Shown: positions 11,853 through 26,069, counted from the first letter of the stretch. The stretch is DNA of 64,000 nt from Octopus sinensis (GCF_006345805.1 NC_042998.1:47802001-47866000), one strand, 5' to 3'. A program made the numbers and translations. The notes: a model not told the origin generated them from the sequence alone.

Positions 11853-13010
11853 GGTATATATAGAGAGATGTAATCGCCTTATATTATTATGCAATGTCTT
11901 CGTGCAGTAAACAGGAAGAACAACCGAACTCGCTTGAATCCTGCCTTAAGTATTCATCAGCATCTGAGTACCCACTTTAACTATCTGTGTAAACACTGCA
12001 TATGAACTTAACTCCTGATAAGGTCTCAGCAAGATATTATATAGAAACTATTTGTGTAAACACTGAATATGAACTTCAGTGGGTAAAGTTTCAGCAAGAT
12101 ATTATATAGAACACAAAGTTTCCGTCACTTTATATCTGTAGATATATTGAAACGAAGCAGCTAGCACATAAGTAATTTTATCAATCGAAATAGCTGCCGA
12201 AAACACTTCATATGCACACTAATCTATCCGTTTAAATTCATACCCTAGTTTTAGTGGGTGGTGTATAAGCAAGATGTCAAGTGACTGTTAATGAGGGTAC
12301 ACTTTGGTCAATGGAATCTCCAAATAGTATGGAATCTAATCAAAGTATATCAGTTTCTCTCCACGGTGATATAAAGTGAGATGATCATATCCATCTATAT
12401 AAGGGTTTTGTCGGAAAATAATCTAGATATTTTATGCAGTAGACTATAGGGTATACTTTAGTGTGTGTGTGTGTGTGTGAATGTTGTGCTCGGCATTTAT
12501 GTAAATATTTGTACGGGGGAAATATATAGGTGTATTTGTGTACACGCATAAACACACACGCACACAATCGTCATCATCATCATCATCGTCGTTTAACGTC
12601 CGCTTTCCATGCTAGCATGGGTTGGACCAATGACTGAGGGCTGGCGAACCAGATGGCTGCACCAGGCTTCAATCTTGATCTGGCAGAGTTTCTACAGCTG
12701 GATGCCTTTCCTAACGCCAACCACTCCGAAAGTGTAGTACAATACATGTATATAAACATATATATTTGTATATACACAAATACACATATTCATACACGCT
12801 TATATGTGATATATATATATATATATAATATATATATATATTATATATATATATATACATATAATAAATTAATAAATAAAATATATGCATATATACATAC
12901 ATATATGTACTACCTACCTCTACATGTATATATACATGCATATATGGGTACAGGACACCAAAAAACGTCGAACACACCAAAAAACGTCGAACACAATGAG
13001 AAACGTATAT

Positions 13011-13063
<53 letters not shown>

Positions 13064-13763
13064 CAGACAGATAGACAGACACAAACCATATAAACCTATG
13101 TAGTTGTCTCTAGTCTTCGGAACTTGATAACACCAAAAACATTTTTGTCACGTCAGTAGGTGTTCGGCGCAACATATGAAGTTCAGTCTGACGAAGGGTC
13201 AATATTTTGTTTACATCATCATTTCCCTCCCTGCCACCACCACCACCACCATCCGCACTTGTTTATACCCAGAATTGTTTACCCCGTATTTTGTCCATTT
13301 ACGTTGTCTTCTATAAAACGTCAAATTGCCAAATGTTATTCTCATATTTCTGCCTGAACAAATTAGTCCGAAAGACATGTATCGTTTTAATTTTTTACTC
13401 CAAATTTGTAAGACTAATTTCTACTTTCGTCCGCCCTCTGTCCTTAAGTATTAAACTTGTTCATATCTGGTTGCATCATTATGTTCTTACACAATGCACT
13501 CTTTTCGGCATGTATTATTATGAAGGCGCGTGGTCTCGTGGTTAGGCAATTTTGCCAACTTTAAATTATAGATTTATAGGGAATATGATTTCCATTCTCA
13601 TAAACAGTATACAAAATTTAATCCATATACCAAATTTGAAGACAACTGGAACAAAATTGGAGATGGTGATTCAAACCACACATATCCGGAGGGGGTGTAA
13701 TATTAAATGGCTGCCCCAAAAAGTCACCCTACGCCACTGCGTGCGTGGGTGGGTGGGAGGGAA

Positions 13764-13770
13764 GATAGAT

Positions 13771-13851
<81 letters not shown>

Positions 13852-14161
13852 GTTTCGTTATTAGCCACGCAGACGGGACAAATTACAATGTAGAGCTTTT
13901 CTTTTGGGGGAGAAAAAAAAGGGGGAGAGATTTTCGATCAAAAGGGATTGTAAAAAGGAAAGAGAAAGAGGAAAGAAAGGAAAAAAAAGGAGGACAAAAA
14001 TCGATCAATAGGGATCGTGTATCACAGAAATGTTATGATATAAAGTGTAAAGGGGAGAAACAGATGCGGTTTATCCGTGGAAAGAAAAGCCTACGGAAAA
14101 GACCACGGTTACCTCGGTCAATAATGTCACATGTTAACATTTATTTGCAAGTAGATAGATA

Positions 14162-14212
<51 letters not shown>
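13764..14212. repeat. (GATA)n array interrupted by a 300-nt insertion (13851-14150) resembling a minus-strand non-LTR retrotransposon 3'UTR
   Basis: GATA repeats on both sides. The insert ends ttgtcccgtctgcgtggctaataacgaaac, similar to the SINE A tail. Confidence 0.6.
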
Positions 14213-14213
<1 letters not shown>

Positions 14214-15699
14214 AATATCTAGACGGGTACCATTCAAGTCCTTAGCACATCGTTATAATCCAAGCAAAAAGCTAACTCCATCGGGTTTGTAATGAAAACC
14301 TAGAATTACTTAAGGTAAGCAATCCCACTGTATTTTATCCGATAGGTAAATCCTGGATTCACTTCTCTGGATTGTGAATATTTAACTGGGAGAATATCCA
14401 ATCAATTCTAATAATACTAAATCGAAAGATTGAACGCAATACCGTATGTGTCTTGGTTGTGAGGGGGCGTACTTGGATCTCATACATACACACACATACA
14501 CACGAGGCAGACTGGCAGAATCGTTAACACACCGACCAAAATCCTTCTTAGGGCATTTCTTCTGGGTTTCTTACGTTCTGAGTTCAAATTCCATCGAATA
14601 AGTACCCATTGAGCATTGGGGACCATGTAATGGACCAGCTCCTAGCCCCGCAAATTTCAGTCCTTGTGCAGTAGAAACTCTGTGTGTGTGTGTATGTGTG
14701 TGCGTGTGCGTGTGCGTGTGTGTGAGTGAGTGAGAGATTTGGCATCCTTATGTGCCTTATGGAATCTGCACTTGAAAAATCTTGCTTCGGTCTGTAACGC
14801 GTTAATATATCTTCGCCTGGTTAGCAAAACCAGTATGAAAGACTACCGGTTGCCCATGTAACGGGTGTCCACTCTCCACATCAAGAATGAGTGTTAAAAT
14901 GGGACAAAATGTACATCCTACACGCACAAAGTTTATTCCTTGATCCGGAAACTTACGATTTATCACATTCGTTTGTTCGCCTCCTAGGGAACGTGTTACT
15001 CAATGTTTCTTCAACATTTGCCATTAGATATAGTTCTACGTTTTCTGAGTTGACTTATACCTTTTACTTGTTTTGATCATTGGACAGCGGTCATATTGGG
15101 GCACCGCCTTGAAGAGTTTAGCCGAACAACCCGAACCCACTGCTTTTTTTTTTTTTTTTCCAAGCCCGGTACTCATGTCATAGGTCATCAAAGGTACTAC
15201 GCAATGGGACTGAACCCGGAACTATGTGGTTGGGAAGCAAGCTTCTTACCACACAGCCACTCCTGCGCATATATATATATATAGATATATATATATATAT
15301 ATCTATATATATATATATATATAATATATATATTATATATATATATAGATATATATATATTAAGCTGTCCTAATTCTTCAGTCAACACTCGCTATGATCA
15401 ATTAGGGAATAATTAAAATAGAAAACAGTTAATGAGTAAAAATGTGTTCATTTTAAATAACAAACGAAATAATGTCACGAAATTCTTAACATGTAAAACG
15501 ATACAATAAACCAGTTTTTTTGTTTGTTTGTTTTTTTTGGTCTTTCTAGTGACCGGCTCTTTGCCCTGTTTAACTAGGAGTGACGCTTTACATCAGAAAT
15601 ATTTCTAGTTAATTGATTAATTAATATACCAAGAAATTTAAAGAATTGAGCAAAAAACGTTTTGCTGCGTTTTCTGAGTTAACTTCCACCTTTTACTTG

Positions 15700-16344
15700 A
15701 CATATATATGTACATATATGTACACACACACACTCACATAAATATATAAATACATTTATATATATATACATATATGATTTTATATACATATATATATACA
15801 TATATAATTTTATATACGTTATATATATATATAATTTTATATACATTATATATATATATAATTTTATATACATTATATATATATATAATTTTATATACAT
15901 TATATATATATATAATTTTATATACATTATATATATATATATATATATATACATACATACATACACATATATATATAATTTTATATATACATACATACAT
16001 ACATACACACATATATATATAATTTTATATATACATACATACACACATATATATATAATTTTATATATACATACACATAATTATATATATATACACACAT
16101 ATATATATATAATTTTATATATACATACACAATTTTATATATACATACACAATTTTATATATATATATACATACACAATTTTATATATATATATACATAC
16201 ACAATTTTATATATACATACACAATTTTATATATATATATATATATATATATCTATATATATATATATATATACATATATATAGACACAATTTTATATAT
16301 ACATATATATAAACACAATTTTATATATACATATATATAGACAC

Positions 16345-16389
<45 letters not shown>

Positions 16390-16425
16390 ATATACACACA
16401 CAATTTTATATATATATATATACTT
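15700..16425. repeat. TA-derived minisatellite (unit about ATATATATATAATTTTATATACAT)
   Basis: AATTTTATATA recurs roughly every 20-35 nt. Confidence 0.9.
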
Positions 16426-16476
16426 TTAGTTATGTATTACATACATCCTTATTACTATTATCAGTATTATTACAAC

Positions 16477-16910
16477 AGCGAGCTAATAGAATCGTGATCA
16501 CGCCGGACAAAATGCTTATCGGCATTTCGTCCGTCTTTACGTTCTGAGTTCAAATTCCACTAAGGTCGACTCTGTCTTTCATCCTTTCGGGGTCGATGAA
16601 GTAAGTACCAGTCAAATACCGGTATTGGGGTGGGGAAATGTAATCAACTGGCCCCCCCCCCCCAAAAAAATTTCAGGTCTTGTGCCTTTAGTAGTAATAA
16701 TAATTATTATTGTTGTTATTGTTTACACACAAAGGCATCGATATTAATTTCAGATTTCGGCACAAGGCCTGCTATTTGCACCACCACCTCCGTCCGAAAA
16801 GATATAAAAGACAAAGTCGACCTCGGTGCGATTAGAACTTGGAACGTAGAAGATGGACGAAGTGCTGCTAAGCATTTTGCAGGCCTGCTAACGATCTTGC
16901 CAGCTCGCCA
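16477..16910. mobile_element. Inverted pair of SINE A copies (+ 16477-16690, - about 16730-16910)
   Basis: Both align to SINE A in opposite orientations around a TAA/TTA tract. Confidence 0.7.
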
Positions 16911-17013
16911 ACATACACACACGTATTAATATTGACATTTGAAAGAGCATAGGAATTTTAGGTGTAATTTTGCATTAATAATGTCGTTTTTTTCTCTTTA
17001 CACACACACACAC

Positions 17014-17084
<71 letters not shown>

Positions 17085-17595
17085 GGAAAGCGAAGACTGA
17101 CTTCTGTTTCCGGTTCCATAAGCGTCTATTTTACGAAGCTTATCATTAAATAAATAACGATAGTGGGAGGTTGGTTGAGAGACGGAAGAGAGGTAGAGAG
17201 TGGCTGATATGATGAAATTACGTAACTTTTTGACTAGGAGCTGTAAGCGACATTTATATGTTTGGATATATTCACTCGTATTTTGTACCGACATCCATGT
17301 ATGTATGTAAAAGTTAACGTAGCAGTCGGAAGAAAATAATAAAAGTAACGATGATGATGTATTTATTTGCCAAAGGGGCCCATCACAAGAACAGCCCACA
17401 TTTTGAGGCGGTGGTGGTGAGGACGGTTACGTAAACGATGAGGAGAAAGAAAGAGGTAGTGAAATGAAATGTAAGAGTGTACGAAGTATACAAAAACGTG
17501 AATGATGCAGTCCGCTTGATGCAGGAGAACCTCGAACTTAAGACCATTCAAGTCGTCCCACAGATCCAAGATTTATCATGATTTATCAAGATTTA

Positions 17596-17748
17596 ACAAC
17601 AAATATCTTACAAACTATAGAATTTTCCTCAATAAAGCCAAGAGAAAAATATGTTTTATAAACACATTCTACCAGTATACGAAGTTTAAAAGTGTTTAGT
17701 TACGTGGAAATTATTTTTAAAAACTGCCGGTCAAACCGAAAAGATCCC
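17596..17748. mobile_element. End fragment of an interspersed element, probably a DNA transposon
   Basis: About 95 nt nearly identical to 61467-61562, ending aaactgccggtcaaaccgaaaagatccc. Confidence 0.6.
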
Positions 17749-17867
17749 ATTATGGTGTACGACCAGTTGACACTCTTAGTGTTGAATTTGTGTTTTTTTT
17801 TCATTCTCTTTTTTTTCCACTTTTTCTCTTCTGGTTTTGGATTTAAATTTTTGATGTGCTTTTGTAT

Positions 17868-17908
<41 letters not shown>

Positions 17909-18089
17909 CCTATACGTACGTGTTATATATAGAATATGAGCCCTTGTCCATTTGTTGTTCACTAATCTACAGTCGTATGCTTAGAGTAGGTTTTTCGTTC
18001 ACGTGAACCAGTTTTGTCATTGTCACCCAACTTTTTCACAAATTAACGGGGGGTGGGGGAATAGCACTTCCTTCTTCACAATAATAGTA

Positions 18090-18341
18090 ACCATTCTTTC
18101 AATAGAAGGAACACAGCCTGAAATTTTTGCATGGAGGAGGCTAACCAATTACGTCGATCCCTGCGTACAACTTGTACTTACTTTATCGACCCAACCCACC
18201 CACACTCACACACTTCCAAAGGATAAAAGACAAAGTTGACCTCGATGAAATTCGAACTTAAAATATGTAAAGAGCCGGAAGAAAAGCAGTTAAGCATTTC
18301 GTGCAATGTACTAACGATTTTGTCAGCTCGTCGCCATAATG

Positions 18342-18373
<32 letters not shown>

Positions 18374-18511
18374 TTAAAATTTTTTTTTTTAAATGAACGA
18401 ACTATTGAGTTTGGTTTAATGGCCTACCAATGTATACTATGAGTTGCTTTGCCCTAGGAGTCGGGAAGACACTCGGCAAGAAATGGAAGCAAATTTGAAA
18501 GAAGAAAAAAA

Positions 18512-18543
<32 letters not shown>

Positions 18544-18764
18544 CCATTCTACTAAAGGCAAAAGGCCTGAAATTTGAGGGTAGAGGACTAGTCGATTACA
18601 TTGATCCTAGTGTTTTACTGGTACTTGATTTATCGACCCCGAAAGGATGAAAGGCAAAGTCGAGCTCGGCGGAATTTGGAAGTGAAGACAGACGAAATAC
18701 CGCTAAGCATTTTTTGTCCAGCGTGCTAACGATTCTGCCAGTTCGCTGCCCTAGCTAGCTCACC

Positions 18765-18806
<42 letters not shown>

Positions 18807-18990
18807 CCTTTCTACTAAAGGTACAAAGCCTGAAACTTTGTGGGGGAGGAATCGACACCAGTATTTCACTGGTACTTAAGTTCTCGCCGCCCGAAACAAT
18901 GAAAGAATGCCGCTAAGCATTTTGTCCGACGTGTTAATTATGATTCTACCAAGTCGCCGCCCTATAATAATAATAATAATAATAATAATA
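18090..18990 (-). mobile_element. Three SINE A copies separated by (TAA)n tracts
   Basis: Repeated SINE A bodies near 18100, 18545 and 18806. Confidence 0.75.
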
Positions 18991-19299
18991 GAAAACAAGT
19001 TCCTGTGACTCCGAATGACCTTTATAAAAAAATAAATAATAAACTGTGTGATGGAATGGAAAGCCCAGTATGAGTTGGATTATTTCGAGACCCGGTCATG
19101 AAACACACCCACATAGTCACGAGGAAGAGAGAGAGATTGAGTGTCGATGAGGGTGGGGACAGAAAAAAACCAGCAGAACTTAAGTTTCATTAAACAAACA
19201 ACAACAACAACAGCAGCAACCACAATGCTTGAGTGAAAACTTTTTGTCATCCCGTTTCAGTGATTTGTTATCTCGGGTAATTCTCTCTCTATCACTCTA

Positions 19300-19310
19300 A
19301 CACACACATA

Positions 19311-19342
<32 letters not shown>

Positions 19343-19445
19343 CGAACGCACAGACAGATTATATATTCATACTCTGATATATACGCCAACGCATGGACAC
19401 ATTCATAATCCCACATAGTTTATTATACACACACCGATATATATA

Positions 19446-19480
<35 letters not shown>

Positions 19481-19753
19481 CGCTAACGCAGATACACATC
19501 CATATATACACTGAATATACGCTAACGCACAGACATCCATATATTACTGATATTACGCTAACGCAGAGAGACATCCATACATCACACATAATATATAGAT
19601 ATATATATATATACTGATAAATTCGCTAACGCAGAGGCACATGTATGTATATATGATATATATGTATATATATATATATATATACACCCTGATATATACG
19701 CTAACACAGACAGATTATCCATATACTCATGTGTACTCTCACAGACACATACA

Positions 19754-19760
<7 letters not shown>
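19300..19760. repeat. Irregular minisatellite (TATACGCTAACGCAGA motif)
   Basis: CGCTAACGCAGA-like motif recurs at least six times. Confidence 0.8.
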
Positions 19761-19793
<33 letters not shown>

Positions 19794-20119
19794 CACGCTC
19801 GCACACATACTTACTAATAAACACACGCTCACATTCACACCCTTATATATACACCCTTACACAAACACTACGTGTTAAGAAAATAATTAACACAGAAAGG
19901 CATGGAGAATGTATGGCGATGACATAAACGATAAGCTAAATACACACATACATACATACGCATTAACCTCGTCTCCAACAAGTCCCACATTATGAATAAT
20001 TAGATAATGAAAAAAAAAGACAAGATTATAAGAGACAACAAAAAATTTCATTTCTTTTGAGATTATATATGTGTGTAATATGTATATGTGAACATCTATA
20101 TATATATATATATGTGTGC

Positions 20120-20531
20120 AAGTCGGCCAATGCCTTGACAGTGATTTGGATTAGAAGGAAACTGTGCGGAAACCTGTAGTATATTCATGCTTATAAGTAT
20201 GTGTGTATGCATGTTTGCCTGCCTTTCGGTCGCTTGACAACCGGTGTGCGTTTACTTACGACACTGCGATTTAGTTGTTTAGTAAGCAAGATAGATAGAT
20301 AGACAGATAGATAGATAGACAGATATAGATAGACAGATAGATAGACATATTTAGACAGACAGATAGATAGATATACAGATATTTAGACAGACAGATAGAT
20401 AGATAGACAGATAGATAGATAGACAGATATTTAGACAGACAGATAGATAGATAGATAGACAGATATTTAGACAGACAGATAGATAGATAGATAGACAGAT
20501 ATTTAGACAGACAGATAGATAGATAGATATT

Positions 20532-20595
<64 letters not shown>

Positions 20596-20688
20596 CAGAC
20601 AGATAGATAGATAGACAGATATTTAGACAGACAGATAGATAGACAGATATTTAGACAGACAGATAGATAGACAGATATTTAGACAGAC

Positions 20689-20727
<39 letters not shown>

Positions 20728-20856
20728 CAAATATTTAGACAGACAGATAGATAGATAGATAGATTTGGGGCGATTGGATCGACTAAAGGAAGTAAAACAA
20801 AATAACCTTGCAAGGCGGTGCCCTGGCATGGCCGCAGCCTTATTGATTGAAACAAG
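20120..20856 (+). mobile_element. SINE B split by a compound (GATA/GACA)n array of about 470 nt (20290-20764)
   Basis: SINE B tail sequence resumes after the array (ggggcgattggatcgactaaagg...attgaaacaagt). Confidence 0.75.
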
Positions 20857-21049
20857 TCAATGAATGTGTGTGCGTGTGAGAAAGAGAGAGAGATTGTGAG
20901 ATAGGAAATGTTGCGTGTGTGTTAGAAAAAGTTTACAAAGAGTGGGGAAGAAAAAAAACAGACATACGGAGAGAGAATTGATGTGTGTGTGTGTGTGTGT
21001 GAGTATGTATGTGCGTATGCGATAGAGAAGAAGGAAAAGAAAGAAAGAA

Positions 21050-22215
21050 AGTGTAGCGATAATGGTAGCCCAACAAAACAGTAAAGTTTGCCCCACTCTC
21101 TGCTTTGCCTTTCTCTGAAATCTTGTGTATGTAAGCTTGAATGAAACGTAAAAATGTGTCTCTTGCCTTGCTAAGCTCTGTCTATCTGCCAACCGCCGCT
21201 TCTTTCTCCTTTCGCTCGCCTTCTCTTATTCCTCCTCCTCATCCTCCCTTCTTCCCCCTGCTCCTCTTCAAACTCCTACTCCTCCTCTACTTGCTAACTC
21301 ACTCACTCACTCACACACACGTTCACTCATATAAATCCTCCACCTCCGCATTAGCATTAATTCTTCTCTTCCTTCTCCTCCTGCGTTCTCTCCTCCGCCG
21401 TCGCCGTCGCCGTCGCCTCCTCCTTTCATTCGGCTTACTATTACATTATTACACTCCCCTTCCTTTCAAAAATCTGACATATATATAAATATACATACAC
21501 ACACACACACACACATGCATCTACGTCTGTGTGTGTGCACGCGCGCGTTTTTATGTATGCATGTGAGCACGCGCGCGTTACTGTGTGTGTGTGAGCATAC
21601 ACATACACACACACGCACACACATAATATACACACATTTTACCTTCTCATTACAACCTTCCTCTTCCTGCTCCGCTTACAACACCACTACCACCACCAAC
21701 ATTTTTTTTCTTTCTGTTTCCTTTCTTCCACTTCCTCCTAGTTATTTTTTACTCCCACCACATCTCTTTCCTCTCCCTCTTTCTCACTCACTCTGTCTAT
21801 TTTTCCTCTGCTTCTCTTCTTTCACTCTCTCTCTCTCTCCTCTTTCGTCTCTGCCTATCTCTCTAAGATAACACTCGACACACTGCTTCCCTCTACCGCA
21901 ATTCCAACGCTTGTATTTTTTTATCTTGCGTGTGTGTATGTATGTATCCTTTGCTTGTATGTACGTATGTATATATATATATATATATGTGTATGTAGGT
22001 TTCTCTCACTCACTCCCTCGCGTACTCTTTATCTTTCTCTCTCACTTTTCTAGCCCCCTCCCACTATTCCACTTACTCCCACTCAGTCTGAAAGCCTATC
22101 AATTTAACGTAGGGCGTGTCGCGTTATAAATGCATGAATCACACCAATATACACGTACATTCTTTACATACATACATATACATAATATATAAACATACAC
22201 AAAAACAACGTGTAT

Positions 22216-22256
<41 letters not shown>

Positions 22257-23348
22257 ATATATTTCTATGAAAGAGATATTTTACACGTGAAAAGGAATGA
22301 GGAAGAAGCCATTTTCTTCACACGCCATTATCTTTTTCTTTACTTAATTTTTTCATTAATTCTTTCTTATTAATTTTCGTTCTCCCCCCCCCCACACACA
22401 CACACCCTTCTGTCCACTCCACCTTCCACTGGTTAAGCAAAAATTTTAAGAACAAAGCAAAATAGGTTTTGTAGGTGTGTAGGTGGGTAGGTGGGGGTGC
22501 GGGTGGATGGTATAAAAATGTGAATAAAATTTTAAAAATTCCATCACTCACCATCATCATCATCAGCAGCATCATCATCATCACCACCTTCATCTTCACC
22601 ACCATCGCACTCATCATTTTACACCACCGCCACCCATCGTTTTCATTGCTATCTCCACCGCTAACAAAACCTACCATCACCATCACCATACCATGCCTCC
22701 ATCATCACTTTCATCGCAACGACCATCACCATCACCACCACCATCAACATTATTGCAAGTGTTTGCAAGTTTGCCGTAAATTGTTGATGGCTAATAATTA
22801 AAGAGCCCCCGAAACTAAAGTCTCTAAACTCTAAAATAACATTTCTTTAAGAAAACATTTGCGGGGGAAGGGAAAATCATTTTTTTTTCGTTTGTTTATT
22901 TGTTATAGTTTTTTTAGTTTTATTTTCGATTATATATATGTGTGTGTGTGTGAAAAAAAAAAATATATATATATATACCGGACTAAACACATAAAGGTGG
23001 GGAAAAGAGTACTCAAATACCAGAGGTAGAGTAATAAAGTATATATATATATATGTATATGTGTGTGTGTGTGTGAATATATATCTATGTGTGTGTGTGT
23101 GTGTGTGAATATATATATATATAAAATACAATATATAAAATACAAAATGGGACAAGAATGCAAAACATCCGGACAACTAGGTGATACAAAAAGGGACAAC
23201 AATATATATATATATATATATACATATAAATATATATATTGCTGTGAGTTGGTGGAGCATTTGAATAGTAGGGCAAGCACTATTAATACTATTTCAGAAT
23301 TATTCACCACCCACCTACCGGCGGCACCACCGACATCCCCGTCCCTAG
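21050..23348 (+). promoter_or_regulatory. Probable promoter and 5' exon region of a plus-strand gene, with a donor CTAG|gtaaac after 23348
   Basis: About 2.3 kb free of recognised transposons, with CT-rich, CpG-containing low-complexity DNA, ending in a GC-rich segment and a GT donor. Confidence 0.35.
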
Positions 23349-24179
23349 GTAAACCCCCAACCGCCCACCCCGTCCTTTTACCTAACTCTTCATCATTCTC
23401 TAAAAGTTACCCGCTCAAAACTATTTTCAGCTTTTAATTGTTTTAGTAGCCAAATTAGATCGTTCTTTTATTCATTTATTTCATTATTATTTATTTAATT
23501 ATTTTTACATTTTTTTCAGTCATTGAACTGAGGTTATGCTGGAGGGGCTTAGTCGAAGGCCTTAAAGGGTTTTAGTTTGAACAAATCGACTCTAGTACTT
23601 TTCTTTCATTCCGTTTTTTTTTTTTACAGGGACGTAAACAAACCAACTACGGTTGTCAAGCGGTGATGGAACAAACAGGTACATATATTATGTATACGAC
23701 GTATACATACACAGCACACGCGCACACACGCACATATAGAGATAGGGGAGGGGAAAGGGGGGAGAGAGAGCGGCTTCCTTCAATTTTCGTCAATTAAATC
23801 CACTCACAAGGCTTTGGTCGGCCCGGGGATATAGTAGAAGACACTTGCCCAAGGTGCCATGCAGTGGGACTGAACTCAGAACCATGAGAGTCGTAAGCAA
23901 GCTTCTTACCACACAACCGCACCTGCACCTAGATTTTTTTTTTATTAAATTTAAAATTTTTAGAGGTTTCCTTTTCCCTAATCATCATCAACAGCAGCAG
24001 CAGCAGTAGTAGTAGTAGTAGTAGTAGCAGCGGCAGCAGCAACATATCATCATTAGCGTGTTGCACTTTATTTATTTAATTATTTTTGTTACTGTATTTT
24101 GTGTGTCATTTTATTCTGGTTACAGTCATTGAGAAGGTATTTGGGAAGAACAATTTGAAGTCTGCTAGAGAGAAGGAGG

Positions 24180-24217
<38 letters not shown>

Positions 24218-24325
24218 GACAGGAGGAAGCGAGGAAGAAAGAACGACTAAAAAGTAGGAAGGAAGTGAGGAAGAAAACAAAAAAAAAAAAAGAAACCACC
24301 ACCACCACCACCACCACCACCACCA

Positions 24326-24356
<31 letters not shown>

Positions 24357-24424
24357 AACAACAACAACAACATTCACACGAAACTACCCGCTGTTGATTA
24401 ATTAATTCCTCCCCCGCTTGACAG

Positions 24425-24530
24425 ACTGAAGAATTTGAACAGGATGCCGCTAACTGGTATTTAGTTGAATTAGTAACTAACTGACCTCTGCTATCCTGAT
24501 TATTTTCTGTGTGCCAGCAGACAATGCCAT
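24425..24530 (+). other. Candidate exon, either 106 nt or a 10/13-nt microexon (24518/24521-24530) carrying an ATG
   Basis: Acceptors cctcccccgcttgacag and tattttctgtgtgccagcag, branch-like ACTAAC near 24475, and donor CAT|gtaaga. Confidence 0.45.
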
Positions 24531-24721
24531 GTAAGAAACTACATAAAAGAAAAAAAAAATTTTTTTAATCGCCAAAAACTGTTCTAATATTTTATATATA
24601 TATAATTTCCATGGAAATGAAAAATTATGTTTGGTTGTTCTAACTTAGCGGCAAGCCGCACCCAAAATTGCTGTGAACTAGGGAAACGAGAAGTAAAAAC
24701 ATATTGTGAATGAATTTAGAC

Positions 24722-24958
24722 CTTTTACTCTTTTACTCTTTTGCTTGTTTCAGTCATTTGACTGTAGCCATGCTGGAGCACCGCCTTTAAGTCGAGCAAA
24801 TCGACCCAGGACTTATTCTTTGCAAGCCTAGCACTTACTCTATCAGTCTCCATTGCCGAACCCCTAAGTTACGGTGACGTAAACACACCCGCATCGGCTG
24901 TCAAGCAATGCTGCGGGTGGGGTGGGGGGAACACAGACACACAAACATATACGCACAG

Positions 24959-24995
<37 letters not shown>

Positions 24996-25583
24996 ATTAT
25001 ATATATATACACATATATACCAGTGGTTTTCAACCAGGGTTCCGCCAGTACAGTCCAGGGGTTCCGCAAGAAGTTACAAAACTGCTAAAATCGGCAGTAA
25101 TTTTTAATTCTCTTGTGCAGATATGTGTGCAAATTATTGCACAGGGGTTCCTCGAGCCAGTGGAATGTTTCCTTGGGGTTCCGCTCCAGCAAAAAGTTTG
25201 AAAAGCACTGATATATACGACGGGTCTCCCTCAGCTTCCGTCCACCAAATCGACTCACAAAGGCCATAGTAGAAGACACCTGCCCATTCTTTTAGTTGTT
25301 TCAGTCATGCTGGAGCACCCCCAGGACTTTTCTGTTTTCAGCCTTGTACTTATTCTATCGGTATCTTTTTGCCGAACCGCAAGATTACGGAGGACATAAA
25401 CAACAATACGGATTGGGGTGGGGGAGACAAACAGACACAAAGACACGCACTAAGGATGTATATACACACATTATTTCGGCCCGAGGCTACAGTAGAAGCC
25501 GCTTGGCCAAGGTGCCACGCAGTGGGACTGAACCCGTAACCATGTGGTTGGAAAGCAAGCTTCTTACCACACAGCCACGCCTG

Positions 25584-25585
<2 letters not shown>
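24722..25585 (-). mobile_element. Two adjacent SINE B copies, the first interrupted by a hAT MITE
   Basis: Tail motifs tttcagtcat...gctggagcac and the head ccaaggtgccacgcagtgggactgaaccc are present. Confidence 0.75.
25021..25210. mobile_element. hAT-type MITE with a perfect 8-bp target-site duplication
   Basis: TIRs CAGTGGTTTTCAA / TTGAAAAGCACTG, with ATATATAC on both sides. Confidence 0.85.
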
Positions 25586-25639
<54 letters not shown>

Positions 25640-26069
25640 ATGCTATTAGCGGAGTCGTCACTGATTCAGGCAAGCATTCGGTTTTGTCATTGGGCAGTGG
25701 TCTTACTGGACACCACTTTGACTGGTCGAACAAATCAACCCTAGTAGCTATTTTGTAGAAGTTTGTTACTTATTTTATTGTTGTCGAAGTGCTTCAGTTA
25801 CGTGTGAACAAACCAAAAACTGGTTGTTATGAGACGATGGGAGACAGACACAAACATAAGAACATACCCAAATCTACTCACAACGTTTCAGTCGGCATGG
25901 GGCTATAGTAGAAAACGCTTGCCCAGGCTGCTACACAATCGGACTGAACCCAAGACTACGTGGTTGAAAAGAAACCTTAACCATACAGCCACACCTGTAC
26001 TTACACCACTTTCACGAAAAAAAGAAAAGAAAGAAAGAAACAACTGTGCTCATAGCCTTTCGAAGATCA

